Assembly: GCA_011174795.1 (NCBI GenBank)
Contig: DUEY01000005.1
Span: 4,885 to 54,044, forward strand
Length of the DNA stretch: 49,160 nucleotides
DNA from: Dehalococcoidia bacterium
Lineage (GTDB): Bacteria; Chloroflexota; Dehalococcoidia; SZUA-161
Reading direction: 5' to 3'
Below the pieces are notes generated by a model, which saw nothing but the letters and a program-made list of their open reading frames with translations, was not told the DNA's origin and did not search any database. The translations under genes were made by a program, and so were the position numbers. This document shows, piece after piece, positions 24,789-33,375 of the stretch (position 1 is the first letter of the stretch; the number at the start of each line of letters is the position of its first letter).

Positions 24789-26009
24789 TCAGATAACTCC
24801 GCTCTCACGGAGCTTCACCAGGTCATCTCTGGTATATCCCAGAATATTGCAGTATATCTCTTCGTTATGTTGCCCTAAGAGCGGAGCTGGGCTCCTGATT
24901 TGCCAGGGTGTATCGGACATCTTGAAGGGTGCCCCGGGATAGGTGACCTTGCCTGTCTCTGGATGGTCGATCTCGGTGAAATATTCCCTTTCCTTAAGAT
25001 GTGGGTTCTTGAGTAGATCTTCGGGGCTGTTCACAGGAGCGCTCGCGATTTTGGCATTGATGAATTTCTCGAAGAGTTCCTCCTTATTGTGGTCGGCTAG
25101 CCAGGAGTACCAGATGGCATCGAACTCCATCCCTGCCTCCATACTGAAGATATTCTGAAACCTGGGATCTTCTAATAGCTCCGGCATCTCCATTGCCTGC
25201 AGGTATCTAGGCCACCACTGGGGCAGGCTGAGTGTGTTAATGAATCCGTTTTTACACGGGTAGACTCCTTGGGGCATGATGAGCATGCGCACTGCTTCTC
25301 GAGGCGGCGGCCAGCGGGTGGTAAGCACACCCGCACAGATATAACCCATAAGGTATATAATCCTTCTGTCGGCACTTCCAGCTTGGGTTTCCATAATAGA
25401 GATGTCTACATGCTGACCAGCTTCCTGGAGCTCTGCGGCGTACAGAGCACCCATCGCTGCTACAGCGCCGACAGTTCCCGCTTGATACTGGACGACATTG
25501 CCGCCGAGTTTCAGGGGTTCTCTCCCTGCAATTCCCGTAGAGTACATTTCACCGCCCATAGCATATTCGACTATCTCAGCTGCCTTGAAGTCGCGGTAAG
25601 GACCGGTCTGTCCGAAGCTGGAGATGGAGACCATCACTAGCTTGGGATTTATCTTCTCCATGGTTTCATAGTCAAGCCCCAGACCGGGCATAACGCGAGG
25701 TCTGAAGCTCTCTACGAGGATGTCCGCGTCCTTAACCAGCTCTTTGAGTATTTTTTTACCTTTCTCGCTCTTTAAATTGAGCGTGATGCTTTTTTTGTTG
25801 GTGTTGAGATGAAGAAAAGGCCCGCTCTTCTCTAGATGCGGGTCGTCTTTAAAGAAGGGCCCTATCCTCCTCGCCGGGTCTCCCTCTCCTGGCTTTTCTA
25901 TCTTTATAACATTAGCGCCATAATCAGCTAGAAGCTTGGTGCAGTAGGGGCCTGCCATATACCAGGACAGGTCTATTACTTTGACGTCCGATAAGGCTTG
26001 CTCAGGCAT
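24789..26009 (-). CDS. Family III CoA-transferase, Asp-less subunit
   Basis: MAGPYC, LADYGA, NTNKKSI, VVQYQAG (Gln at the Asp position), APLLGQHN; start put at ATG 26009 from RBS spacing. Confidence 0.9.
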   Translation of the reverse strand: MPEQALSDVKVIDLSWYMAGPYCTKLLADYGANVIKIEKPGEGDPARRIGPFFKDDPHLEKSGPFLHLNTNKKSITLNLKSEKGKKILKELVKDADILVESFRPRVMPGLGLDYETMEKINPKLVMVSISSFGQTGPYRDFKAAEIVEYAMGGEMYSTGIAGREPLKLGGNVVQYQAGTVGAVAAMGALYAAELQEAGQHVDISIMETQAGSADRRIIYLMGYICAGVLTTRWPPPREAVRMLIMPQGVYPCKNGFINTLSLPQWWPRYLQAMEMPELLEDPRFQNIFSMEAGMEFDAIWYSWLADHNKEELFEKFINAKIASAPVNSPEDLLKNPHLKEREYFTEIDHPETGKVTYPGAPFKMSDTPWQIRSPAPLLGQHNEEIYCNILGYTRDDLVKLRESGVI

Positions 26010-26067
26010 TACATTCACCCCCCTTGAAACTCTTGATAAAAAGCTGAAACAAGGTCATTCGCACTAT

Positions 26068-26670
26068 TCATGTAGCGGTTGCTTCCAAACCCTTCTTGAA
26101 AGCCTCGAGGTTTAACTCCAAACTCTTTGGAGCTATTATCTCTTTCAGGGCCTCTTCAAAAGAGCTGAGTGAAATAGGCAACATCCCGGAGCCAGCCAGT
26201 GCTCCCACCATCAGTACATTGGTCGGTAGAGGCGTTCCACCGTCTACAGATGGTTCGATAACCCTGACTTCGCCAGTCAGCTCTCTCAGCCCCCCCAGCA
26301 CATCTTCAATAGGGGGATATGTGGCCTGCCCGGAGAGAACCCAGATAGGGTATATAGGCCTTGGGCTGACGATAACCCTGGTCTCGGGGTTGCCGAAATC
26401 GGCGATAACCCGCAATGCTTCCATGGGCTCCATTCCAATAACGATATCCGCTTGCCCCTCCGGTGTGAGCGGACCGCACTGTGTCTGTAGGGAGAAACGA
26501 ACGTGGCTCAGCACGCCACCACCTCTTTGAGAGGCGCCATAGGTTTCACCGACGGTTACATAGAAGCCATCCTTGATCCCAGCTGTAGCTACGATTTGCG
26601 AAGCCAGGACATTTCCCTGACCGCCGACGCCTGTTATGATAAGATTCAGTGGATCCTTTTCCAGGGTCAT
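26068..26670 (-). CDS. iorB: Indolepyruvate:ferredoxin oxidoreductase beta subunit
   Basis: GVGGQG, ETYGASQRGG, EPMEALR; follows iorA. Confidence 0.9.
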   Translation of the reverse strand: MTLEKDPLNLIITGVGGQGNVLASQIVATAGIKDGFYVTVGETYGASQRGGGVLSHVRFSLQTQCGPLTPEGQADIVIGMEPMEALRVIADFGNPETRVIVSPRPIYPIWVLSGQATYPPIEDVLGGLRELTGEVRVIEPSVDGGTPLPTNVLMVGALAGSGMLPISLSSFEEALKEIIAPKSLELNLEAFKKGLEATAT

Positions 26671-26673
26671 ATT

Positions 26674-28575
26674 TCAGTTCCCTTCAATTACGATTGCTCC
26701 CTGCGGGCATAGGTAGGCACAAACCCCACAGCCGGTACATACGATTTCATCGATCCTTGCCTTTTTAGTAGTGGGATCCCAGATTATGCCGGGACAGTTG
26801 AAGACTCTGCTGCAGAAGCGGGCACACCCGCACTCATCACCGATGCACTTATCCGGGTCGACGAAGACCTTTTTCTGCGGCCTTTCTTTAGTCTCCGCCA
26901 GGTGGCATCTCCGGCGGAAGACCATCACCTTGGGGCCGTCTTCCTGTAGAAGGTCACAAAGCTCCTCTATGGCTTCGTCGAGTTCAAACGGGTCTCTTAC
27001 CTTAACCGGTACGCCGATAGCTCGGCAAATTCCCTCGATATCAACAACAGGTGCTGGTTCTCCCAGGGCGTCTATTCCGGAACCGGGATGGGGCTGAAAG
27101 CCTGTCATGGCTGTTCCGGCGTTATCAAGCACGACCATGAGAACATTGCTGTTGTTGAACCGTGCGTTGATAAGCCCTGGAATTGCGGCATGATAAAAGG
27201 TTGAGTCACCGCATACGGCGACAACGGGCCTGTTGAAATCGAACTGCCCCAGCTTGCCAAAACCGGTGGCCAGCCCTATTCCGCTCCCCATACAGTGGAT
27301 TGTCTTGAGTTGAAAGTAGCCGGCTGGACCAGCTCCCATAGAATAGCAACCGATATCACCAGTAACGAACCCATCACGCCCATCCAGCTTCAGGGCGGAT
27401 TTTATAGCCCACATAGAAGCCCGATGGGGACAACCGGCGCAGAAGGTAGGTATCCTGGGGGATAGGTAGGGTTGCACTAACTCCCGTGCCCGCTGGGCGT
27501 ATGCCTCATCTCTGCCGCTGTATTCCACGCCCTTTATGGTTGCTAATGCCTTGGCTACTTTATCCTGGTTCATCTCACCGCATGCCGGTAGATGACCTGA
27601 CTTGGCACCATAGACCTCAATCGGGCCCAGTGTCTTTGCCTGCTCTGCCAGGAGAACCTTTATGTTTTGCTCGAGGAAATCGTCCACCTCCTCAACGATG
27701 AGCAGTTCATTCGCTGGCTTCAAATGGTCGATGATGAATTTTTCCGGTAGAGGCCATGTGGTGCCTATCTTAAGAATCCCCACCTCGCTATCGAGGCCGA
27801 GCGCTGCCACGGCTTCTCGAGAATAGAACCAGCCAGTGCCGCTGGTGACGATGATGAATTTTGCACCTTCGGGACCAACATACCAGTTGAATTTTGAGTT
27901 CTCAAAGTCCTCCCGTGCCTGTTCCAATTTCTGATGCAGTGCGGCGTGCTGCAGGGCAACGAAGGCCCCGGCGATACTTACGCCCTCAAAGCTGGGTGAC
28001 CTCTTCCTCTCTGGGAGTTCACCGAGCTCAACATTACCTCTGCTGTGGGATATTCTTGTTACGCTTCTAATTATGCAGGGTAGCCCGAGCCTTTCGGAAA
28101 GCTCAAAGGCGTACTTGGTCATTTCTCTTGCTTCATTGAATGTTGCGGGCTCTAGTAAAGGCAGGTCGGCGAACTTGGCGAAATTACGGCTGTCCTGTTC
28201 ATTGGGGCTGGATATAGCTGAGGGGTCATCGCAGGCCACGATGACAAGGCCGCCCTTGGTACCGCTCAGATTGACAGTCATCAGGAAATCAGAGCATACG
28301 TTGACGCCGTTTTGTTTCATGGCCACTATGGCCCTTAGCCCGGTGAGGGAAGCAGCGGCTGCTGCCTCCAGTGATACCATCTCGTTGACTGACCACTCGG
28401 CGTAGAGGCCGAAGTGCTCCGCTACACGTGCTAGGGATTCTAGAATTTCGGAGGAAGGGGTTCCCGGATAGGCGGAACTGAAGTCAACTCCAGCTTCGAT
28501 TGCCCCTCGAGCAATGGCTTCATTGCCCATCATGAGCACGCTCTGTCCGGGCCGGTCTATCTTTATTACCGACAT
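26674..28575 (-). CDS. iorA: Indolepyruvate:ferredoxin oxidoreductase alpha subunit
   Basis: MGNEAIARGA, YPGTPSSE, CAGCPHR, GDIGCY, GDSTFYH, TAMTGFQP, C-terminal ferredoxin CTGCGVC. Confidence 0.93.
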   Translation of the reverse strand: MSVIKIDRPGQSVLMMGNEAIARGAIEAGVDFSSAYPGTPSSEILESLARVAEHFGLYAEWSVNEMVSLEAAAAASLTGLRAIVAMKQNGVNVCSDFLMTVNLSGTKGGLVIVACDDPSAISSPNEQDSRNFAKFADLPLLEPATFNEAREMTKYAFELSERLGLPCIIRSVTRISHSRGNVELGELPERKRSPSFEGVSIAGAFVALQHAALHQKLEQAREDFENSKFNWYVGPEGAKFIIVTSGTGWFYSREAVAALGLDSEVGILKIGTTWPLPEKFIIDHLKPANELLIVEEVDDFLEQNIKVLLAEQAKTLGPIEVYGAKSGHLPACGEMNQDKVAKALATIKGVEYSGRDEAYAQRARELVQPYLSPRIPTFCAGCPHRASMWAIKSALKLDGRDGFVTGDIGCYSMGAGPAGYFQLKTIHCMGSGIGLATGFGKLGQFDFNRPVVAVCGDSTFYHAAIPGLINARFNNSNVLMVVLDNAGTAMTGFQPHPGSGIDALGEPAPVVDIEGICRAIGVPVKVRDPFELDEAIEELCDLLQEDGPKVMVFRRRCHLAETKERPQKKVFVDPDKCIGDECGCARFCSRVFNCPGIIWDPTTKKARIDEIVCTGCGVCAYLCPQGAIVIEGN

Positions 28576-28583
28576 GTGGTCTC

Positions 28584-29687
28584 CTAGCGGAGCTTTCTCA
28601 GCTCTGCATCGCTCAAACGCAGATACAGGAGATTATTCTTATCGCCTGTGCGTTTGACTATCTCGTCCAGTGCTCTCTTTTTCTTTAGCAGCGATGCTTC
28701 CCGTAGATGGCTCAGGTTTGCTTCAGGCAAAGGCTTGGTCTCTATTATGCCGTCCTCCTTTGCCTTATCGATAATCATCTTTCCCTCCGGCGTTCTGACT
28801 ATCAGGGTATTCCAGTCGTCAACTCCCTCGACCATGCCTACCGAGAGGTCTGCGAACTCGGAGGTCATATCGAAGCAAATACCGCAGGTCGGCTTGACGA
28901 ACTCCCTGATTTCGTCCAGAGGGAATTCCAGGGTGCCTGCTTCGGTAACAACCACCAGTTTGTTGGCTGGTGGGGGAGGGATGTCCAGCCGTTTGATTTG
29001 TGAAGGGTTGATCTTTCCCTTCAGGAATTCGTGGAAGCTTTTGTAGGATAAGGCCCAGGTGCAGAAAAGACCGATGGCGAGCTTGACTTCTTTTGAGCCG
29101 TTTTCGTGCTTGGATGCCTGCATCTTGCGCAGAGCTAGAATCTGGCATGGCATACCTACGATACCGAGTGAAACCGTTTGCTGTTTCATCGCCTCATTAA
29201 GCCGGGCAAGAGTTGCTGAGGCAATATAATTAGAGCCGGCGCAGCTTAGCACCTGGGAACTATCCTCCACCAACACCGACGTGGGCATAAGGCTTTCGTT
29301 AAAGGGTTTGGTGAGCACTGTAGCCCCTATCTCACCCTTGCTCATGGCATAAGCGGTCAAGGCGGAGACCACCCCGCCGTACTGGCCGCGGTTGCGGGTC
29401 TTGCTGTCCTTTGCCTGCGCCATCTCAATGGAGATATAAGGGCCAAGTGAGGAATCGGAGCGCTCCTGACCGAATATCCTTCGATCGAGTTCGGAGATAT
29501 CGGTGAGGGTTCGAGGGCAAAAATCGTAGCATTTCCCGTCGGTGATGCCGCAGGGCTCGATGACCGCTACCCTGTCCTTGACTACCTTAATATAGGGACA
29601 GATGCCGACACATGCTCCGCAACTGGTACAGAGCCCTGCATTAAGAACCTCTTTTTCAAGGTCTGTAGAGCCTTTACCTGCTTCCAT
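28584..29687 (-). CDS. FrhB/FdhB-family (F420 hydrogenase/dehydrogenase beta-like) Fe-S flavoprotein with an N-terminal ferredoxin domain
   Basis: CTSCGACVGICP, QYGGVVSAL, VGMPCQ, IGLFC, C..C.D..SEFADLSVG, WNTLIVRT. Confidence 0.88.
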   Translation of the reverse strand: MEAGKGSTDLEKEVLNAGLCTSCGACVGICPYIKVVKDRVAVIEPCGITDGKCYDFCPRTLTDISELDRRIFGQERSDSSLGPYISIEMAQAKDSKTRNRGQYGGVVSALTAYAMSKGEIGATVLTKPFNESLMPTSVLVEDSSQVLSCAGSNYIASATLARLNEAMKQQTVSLGIVGMPCQILALRKMQASKHENGSKEVKLAIGLFCTWALSYKSFHEFLKGKINPSQIKRLDIPPPPANKLVVVTEAGTLEFPLDEIREFVKPTCGICFDMTSEFADLSVGMVEGVDDWNTLIVRTPEGKMIIDKAKEDGIIETKPLPEANLSHLREASLLKKKRALDEIVKRTGDKNNLLYLRLSDAELRKLR

Positions 29688-29719
29688 ATAAAGTAATTCT
29701 GTCCTCTTCCAGCATAATC

Positions 29720-29748
29720 ATGTTAAACATATAAGCGTCAGCTATCAA
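29720..29748 (-). promoter_or_regulatory. Sigma70-type promoter for the frhB-like/iorAB unit
   Basis: TTGATA-17nt-TAACAT on the minus strand. Confidence 0.45.
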
Positions 29749-29783
29749 GTACCACTTTAGTACTACATTCAACAATGAATGAT

Positions 29784-30995
29784 TTAAGAGTCCTTCCCGT
29801 ATCTTTTTATTACTGCTTCGTTTACCTCTACACCGAGGCCAGGCTTCTGGGGAATGGTGACATATCCATCGTTTCCTATCTTTATAGACTCGGTTAGTAT
29901 TGCGTCTCTTATATCAGTGGTGAATGGCGGGTCGCAGGGATATTCAAGATAGGGACAATTACTTAGCGAACCAATAAGTTGAAGATTAGCGGCGAGCGAC
30001 AACCCGCTTCCCCAGCAGTGAGGTATGAGCATCTTACCTTTCTGTGCGGCCATTTCGCCTATCCTCTTCACTTGCCCGATGCCCCCTGAGAAGTGGACGT
30101 CAGGTTGAATAATATCGTAGCAGTCGAGGAGTTGCCCGAATCGCTCCTCTCCCTGTTCAAGCTCTCCTCCTGCGATTAAGATCTCCGCTTTTTCCTGGAG
30201 TTCTCTGATGCCATAAAGGTCGTGCATGGGAAGCGGTTCTTCAAGCCAAAGGCATTTCAATCTTTCCAGCTCCCGGGCAAAATTGAGGGCCTTCTTTCGT
30301 GACCAGAAAGGAGGCAGTGGATTCGGTGCTTGATTGGCATCCACCATAATCTCCATATCAGCGCCGACGGTCTCCCTAACCTTCTCGATTGCTTTTAAGT
30401 CGTTTTTAATGTTTCTATGATGCGCTCTCAGCTTGATAGCTTTGATTCCCTGCTCTTTGTATCTCCTGGCATCTTCGACATGTTTCTCAATTGATATTTT
30501 CTCACCGGTGCTTATATAGGCCTTGACTCGCTCCTGCGTTCTGCCCAGCAACTCACAGACAGGTTTATTCTTCGCCTTTCCCAGCAGGTCCCAGAGAGCA
30601 ACCTCCACGCACCATAGCCTCGGCTCGAAGTGCCTGAGCATATAGAGCCCTTTGGTTATGTGGGGAAAGAGCAGTCGTTTCTTATAGGGAGTCGTGCCGG
30701 CACTCTTTTTGGGAATATTCATGCTTCTCATATTCTGAACGAATCTTTCGATATCGGCGATATCCTCTACCTGTTCCGGGATCAAAGGTTTTACTTTCTT
30801 ATCAATGAATTTTTTCGTTCTCAGAATGCTGAAGGAAAGCACGGAGGAGTATCCTTTTATGCCTTCATCGGAGAGGATCTCTATCAGGGTGAAGGTGAAG
30901 TGTTTCTCGGTAAAGCCCGGTATCCATGCCGGATGGAAATAGGGCTTGGGAATGGGGATGCTTATCGAGTAGGTTTTAACATCGGTGATTTTCAT
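29784..30995 (-). CDS. Mandelate racemase/muconate lactonizing (enolase superfamily) enzyme
   Basis: ALWDLLGK, IKLR, MVDANQ, WLEEP, AGGE, IQPD, PHCW, PGLGVE. Confidence 0.9.
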   Translation of the reverse strand: MKITDVKTYSISIPIPKPYFHPAWIPGFTEKHFTFTLIEILSDEGIKGYSSVLSFSILRTKKFIDKKVKPLIPEQVEDIADIERFVQNMRSMNIPKKSAGTTPYKKRLLFPHITKGLYMLRHFEPRLWCVEVALWDLLGKAKNKPVCELLGRTQERVKAYISTGEKISIEKHVEDARRYKEQGIKAIKLRAHHRNIKNDLKAIEKVRETVGADMEIMVDANQAPNPLPPFWSRKKALNFARELERLKCLWLEEPLPMHDLYGIRELQEKAEILIAGGELEQGEERFGQLLDCYDIIQPDVHFSGGIGQVKRIGEMAAQKGKMLIPHCWGSGLSLAANLQLIGSLSNCPYLEYPCDPPFTTDIRDAILTESIKIGNDGYVTIPQKPGLGVEVNEAVIKRYGKDS

Positions 30996-31065
30996 TTAGG
31001 GTCTCTGAAAACGGCGGCTGGACATGCCGCGTTTGACCTTCATTTAAACTGGTAGTACTGCGTTA

Positions 31066-32934
31066 TTACTGGGGGCGTTCAACGTTTTCTATTTCCAACT
31101 CCCGAATCTTCGCCGCTGTGGGTATACCGTCTTTGGTCCAGCCCCTCAGCTCGTAGTACTCGTCAATCGCCTTCTCCAGTTCTTCACCTTTGGGAACGTA
31201 GTTACCGGTTACGGGAACTGGCACCATCTCTGGTATGATATCATCTTTCCTGATCATACCGAATCTGCAGTTAAACAGCCGCTTCAAGTTGAACATTCTT
31301 TCCCCTGCCATTAGCAGTTCTTCTACGTCGAATTCTTGGCCGGTTATGGCGGATAGCATTGCGGCCTGTGTTTTAGGTGTTATAAAAGCCATCACGGTGA
31401 ACTTACACTGAACCAGGGAATCGGAGACATCTGCGAGGTCTTGGGATACTTTCGTGTTGAGCGGCTGCCCTTCTAGGGAGTATTTTTTAACCCCTTTTCC
31501 ACCTATATGAAATGAGGTGAATCCAAAGCCAACTGGCTCCGCCCATCCAATCCCATGCATGTGGCACGCTCCTCTTTCCGAAGTACCATATGCTATGGCT
31601 AAGCCGGGGAATGCCCTCGGATCATGCATGGGGAATGCCTGCCCCTTGCTGTGCATAACTATGTTTATCGAATCATGTCCTATTTTCTGCGCTGCAGGTA
31701 TCAATCCATCTGCCAGCACATCACCCAAGCCTTCTCTCTTACCTATCTTGTCAACCATCGCGATTACGGCATCTGCATTACCCCATTCGAGGTCAATGCC
31801 ATCTGTATCGCTATCTGCAATCCATCCCTTTTCATAACAACTCATTGCGAACGCAATTATGCTGCCGGTCTCGATTGTATCGATACCATATCTGTTGCAC
31901 ATATCATTAGCTTTAGCAATAGCGGCCATGTTATCTACCATACATAGTGTGCCGAGGGCGGCGCTGGATTGATATTCGGCCCCGTGCCCTTCGACAGCGT
32001 ATTTAGCTGGTGATGTTACCTTCACTAGTCTGCCGCAACCGAGGGGGCAGCCGTAGCAATGGTAGCTCTTGGTCAGGATCTCGCGTTGCATCTTGGCGCC
32101 GCCGATATTGGCCGCTATTCTGGCGCATTCGCCTCTCTTAGCGTCGCCTCTGGCCCAGTATTTAAAAGGTACATCACCTATCGATTCCCATATATCCAGG
32201 AGTATCGCAGTGCCGTATTTGTTGTACATGACGGAGACCGGACCATCCTTGGCGAGTTTGGCAGTACCTCTAATAAGTTTTGACAGTCGTCCCTTATCCG
32301 CGATTGACACGGTCTTTTTACCCTTTACAGCAAGGGCCTTCAAGTTCTTGGAGCCCATTACTGCGCCGACACCACTCCTGCCAGCCGTTCTACCCATATC
32401 GTTCATAACACCGGCGAATTTAACCAGATTCTCGCCGCCTTGACCGATACAGGCTACTCTGACATCCCGGTCTTCCAGTTCATTCCTTATCTTTTCCTCT
32501 GTTTCATATGCATCTTTGCCCCATAAACTGGAAGCGTCTTTGATTTCGACGCCAGCATCTGTAACAAGCAAGTAGACGGGTTTTTGGGCTTTACCCTTGA
32601 TGACAATGGCGTCGTAGCCCGCCCGTTTTAGAAATGGTCCAACCCAGCCTCCAGAACTGGCCTCAGCCCAAATACCGGTTAACGGTGATCTGGTAGCAAC
32701 CTCATATCTGCTGGATAAAGGGATTCCGGTGCCTTGATATGGGCCGACAGCGAAAACCAATGAATTATCCGGCGAAAAAGGCTCAACGCCGGGTCCAACT
32801 TCATCATAGATAATCCTTGCCGCTAGGCCGCTTCCACCGATGTACTTCTGCGCCATTTTCTCGTCGAGCGCCTGTTCCTCTATCTTCCCGCTGGTCAAAT
32901 CTACTCGCAATATCTTTCCCATATACCCGAACAT
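31066..32934 (-). CDS. Tungsten-type aldehyde:ferredoxin oxidoreductase family protein
   Basis: GKILRVDL, SPLTG, GRSGVGAVMGSKNLKA, CYGCPLGC, YGIDTI, RGACH, YYELRGW..DGIP. Confidence 0.92.
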   Translation of the reverse strand: MFGYMGKILRVDLTSGKIEEQALDEKMAQKYIGGSGLAARIIYDEVGPGVEPFSPDNSLVFAVGPYQGTGIPLSSRYEVATRSPLTGIWAEASSGGWVGPFLKRAGYDAIVIKGKAQKPVYLLVTDAGVEIKDASSLWGKDAYETEEKIRNELEDRDVRVACIGQGGENLVKFAGVMNDMGRTAGRSGVGAVMGSKNLKALAVKGKKTVSIADKGRLSKLIRGTAKLAKDGPVSVMYNKYGTAILLDIWESIGDVPFKYWARGDAKRGECARIAANIGGAKMQREILTKSYHCYGCPLGCGRLVKVTSPAKYAVEGHGAEYQSSAALGTLCMVDNMAAIAKANDMCNRYGIDTIETGSIIAFAMSCYEKGWIADSDTDGIDLEWGNADAVIAMVDKIGKREGLGDVLADGLIPAAQKIGHDSINIVMHSKGQAFPMHDPRAFPGLAIAYGTSERGACHMHGIGWAEPVGFGFTSFHIGGKGVKKYSLEGQPLNTKVSQDLADVSDSLVQCKFTVMAFITPKTQAAMLSAITGQEFDVEELLMAGERMFNLKRLFNCRFGMIRKDDIIPEMVPVPVTGNYVPKGEELEKAIDEYYELRGWTKDGIPTAAKIRELEIENVERPQ

Positions 32935-32936
32935 CT

Positions 32937-33356
32937 CTATTCCTCCACCTCTTTTTTACCCAGTTCATTTACGACCTCAGGCTCGGCGAGAGTTTCGAGT
33001 AACACCCCTGTACTCATTACCACGGGCATGATTACATCTTTGACACCTCTGACTCTCATAACCTCCCTAAACAACCATAATCCCTCTGGTTCGATGCCCT
33101 TCATTATCGGTTTTAGCATTGTCATGACCTTGAGGGTGGTCACTCTTATAAGGGGCAGTTTCATGAGAAGGACGGTAATATCTTCGAGGGTCATCCTGAA
33201 AACGACTCTCATAATGACCAGTACAGCGCTCAGAACCCGACCCGTTATCCTTATGATTACTGTTAGCAATATCTCTGTTATGGGATTGCTTACGAGGTGT
33301 TCCAGCAGCAGGAGCAGGTAACGCCTGCTGGTAATCCACCGTGTCATTCTCTCCAT
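32937..33356 (-). CDS. Hypothetical hydrophobic protein (139 aa) directly upstream of AOR
   Basis: Strong RBS GGAGG 6 nt before the ATG; the stop lies 2 nt before the AOR start and the 3' end supplies the AOR RBS; it fills the coaBC-AOR gap. Confidence 0.6.
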   Translation of the reverse strand: MERMTRWITSRRYLLLLLEHLVSNPITEILLTVIIRITGRVLSAVLVIMRVVFRMTLEDITVLLMKLPLIRVTTLKVMTMLKPIMKGIEPEGLWLFREVMRVRGVKDVIMPVVMSTGVLLETLAEPEVVNELGKKEVEE

Positions 33357-33375
33357 CGTTGTCCTCCAAAAGATA

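Noticed and set aside
33067-33369. Alternative 100-aa ORF MEDNDGEND...
   Set aside because: TTG start without an RBS; the overlapping 139-aa frame has a strong RBS and couples to AOR.
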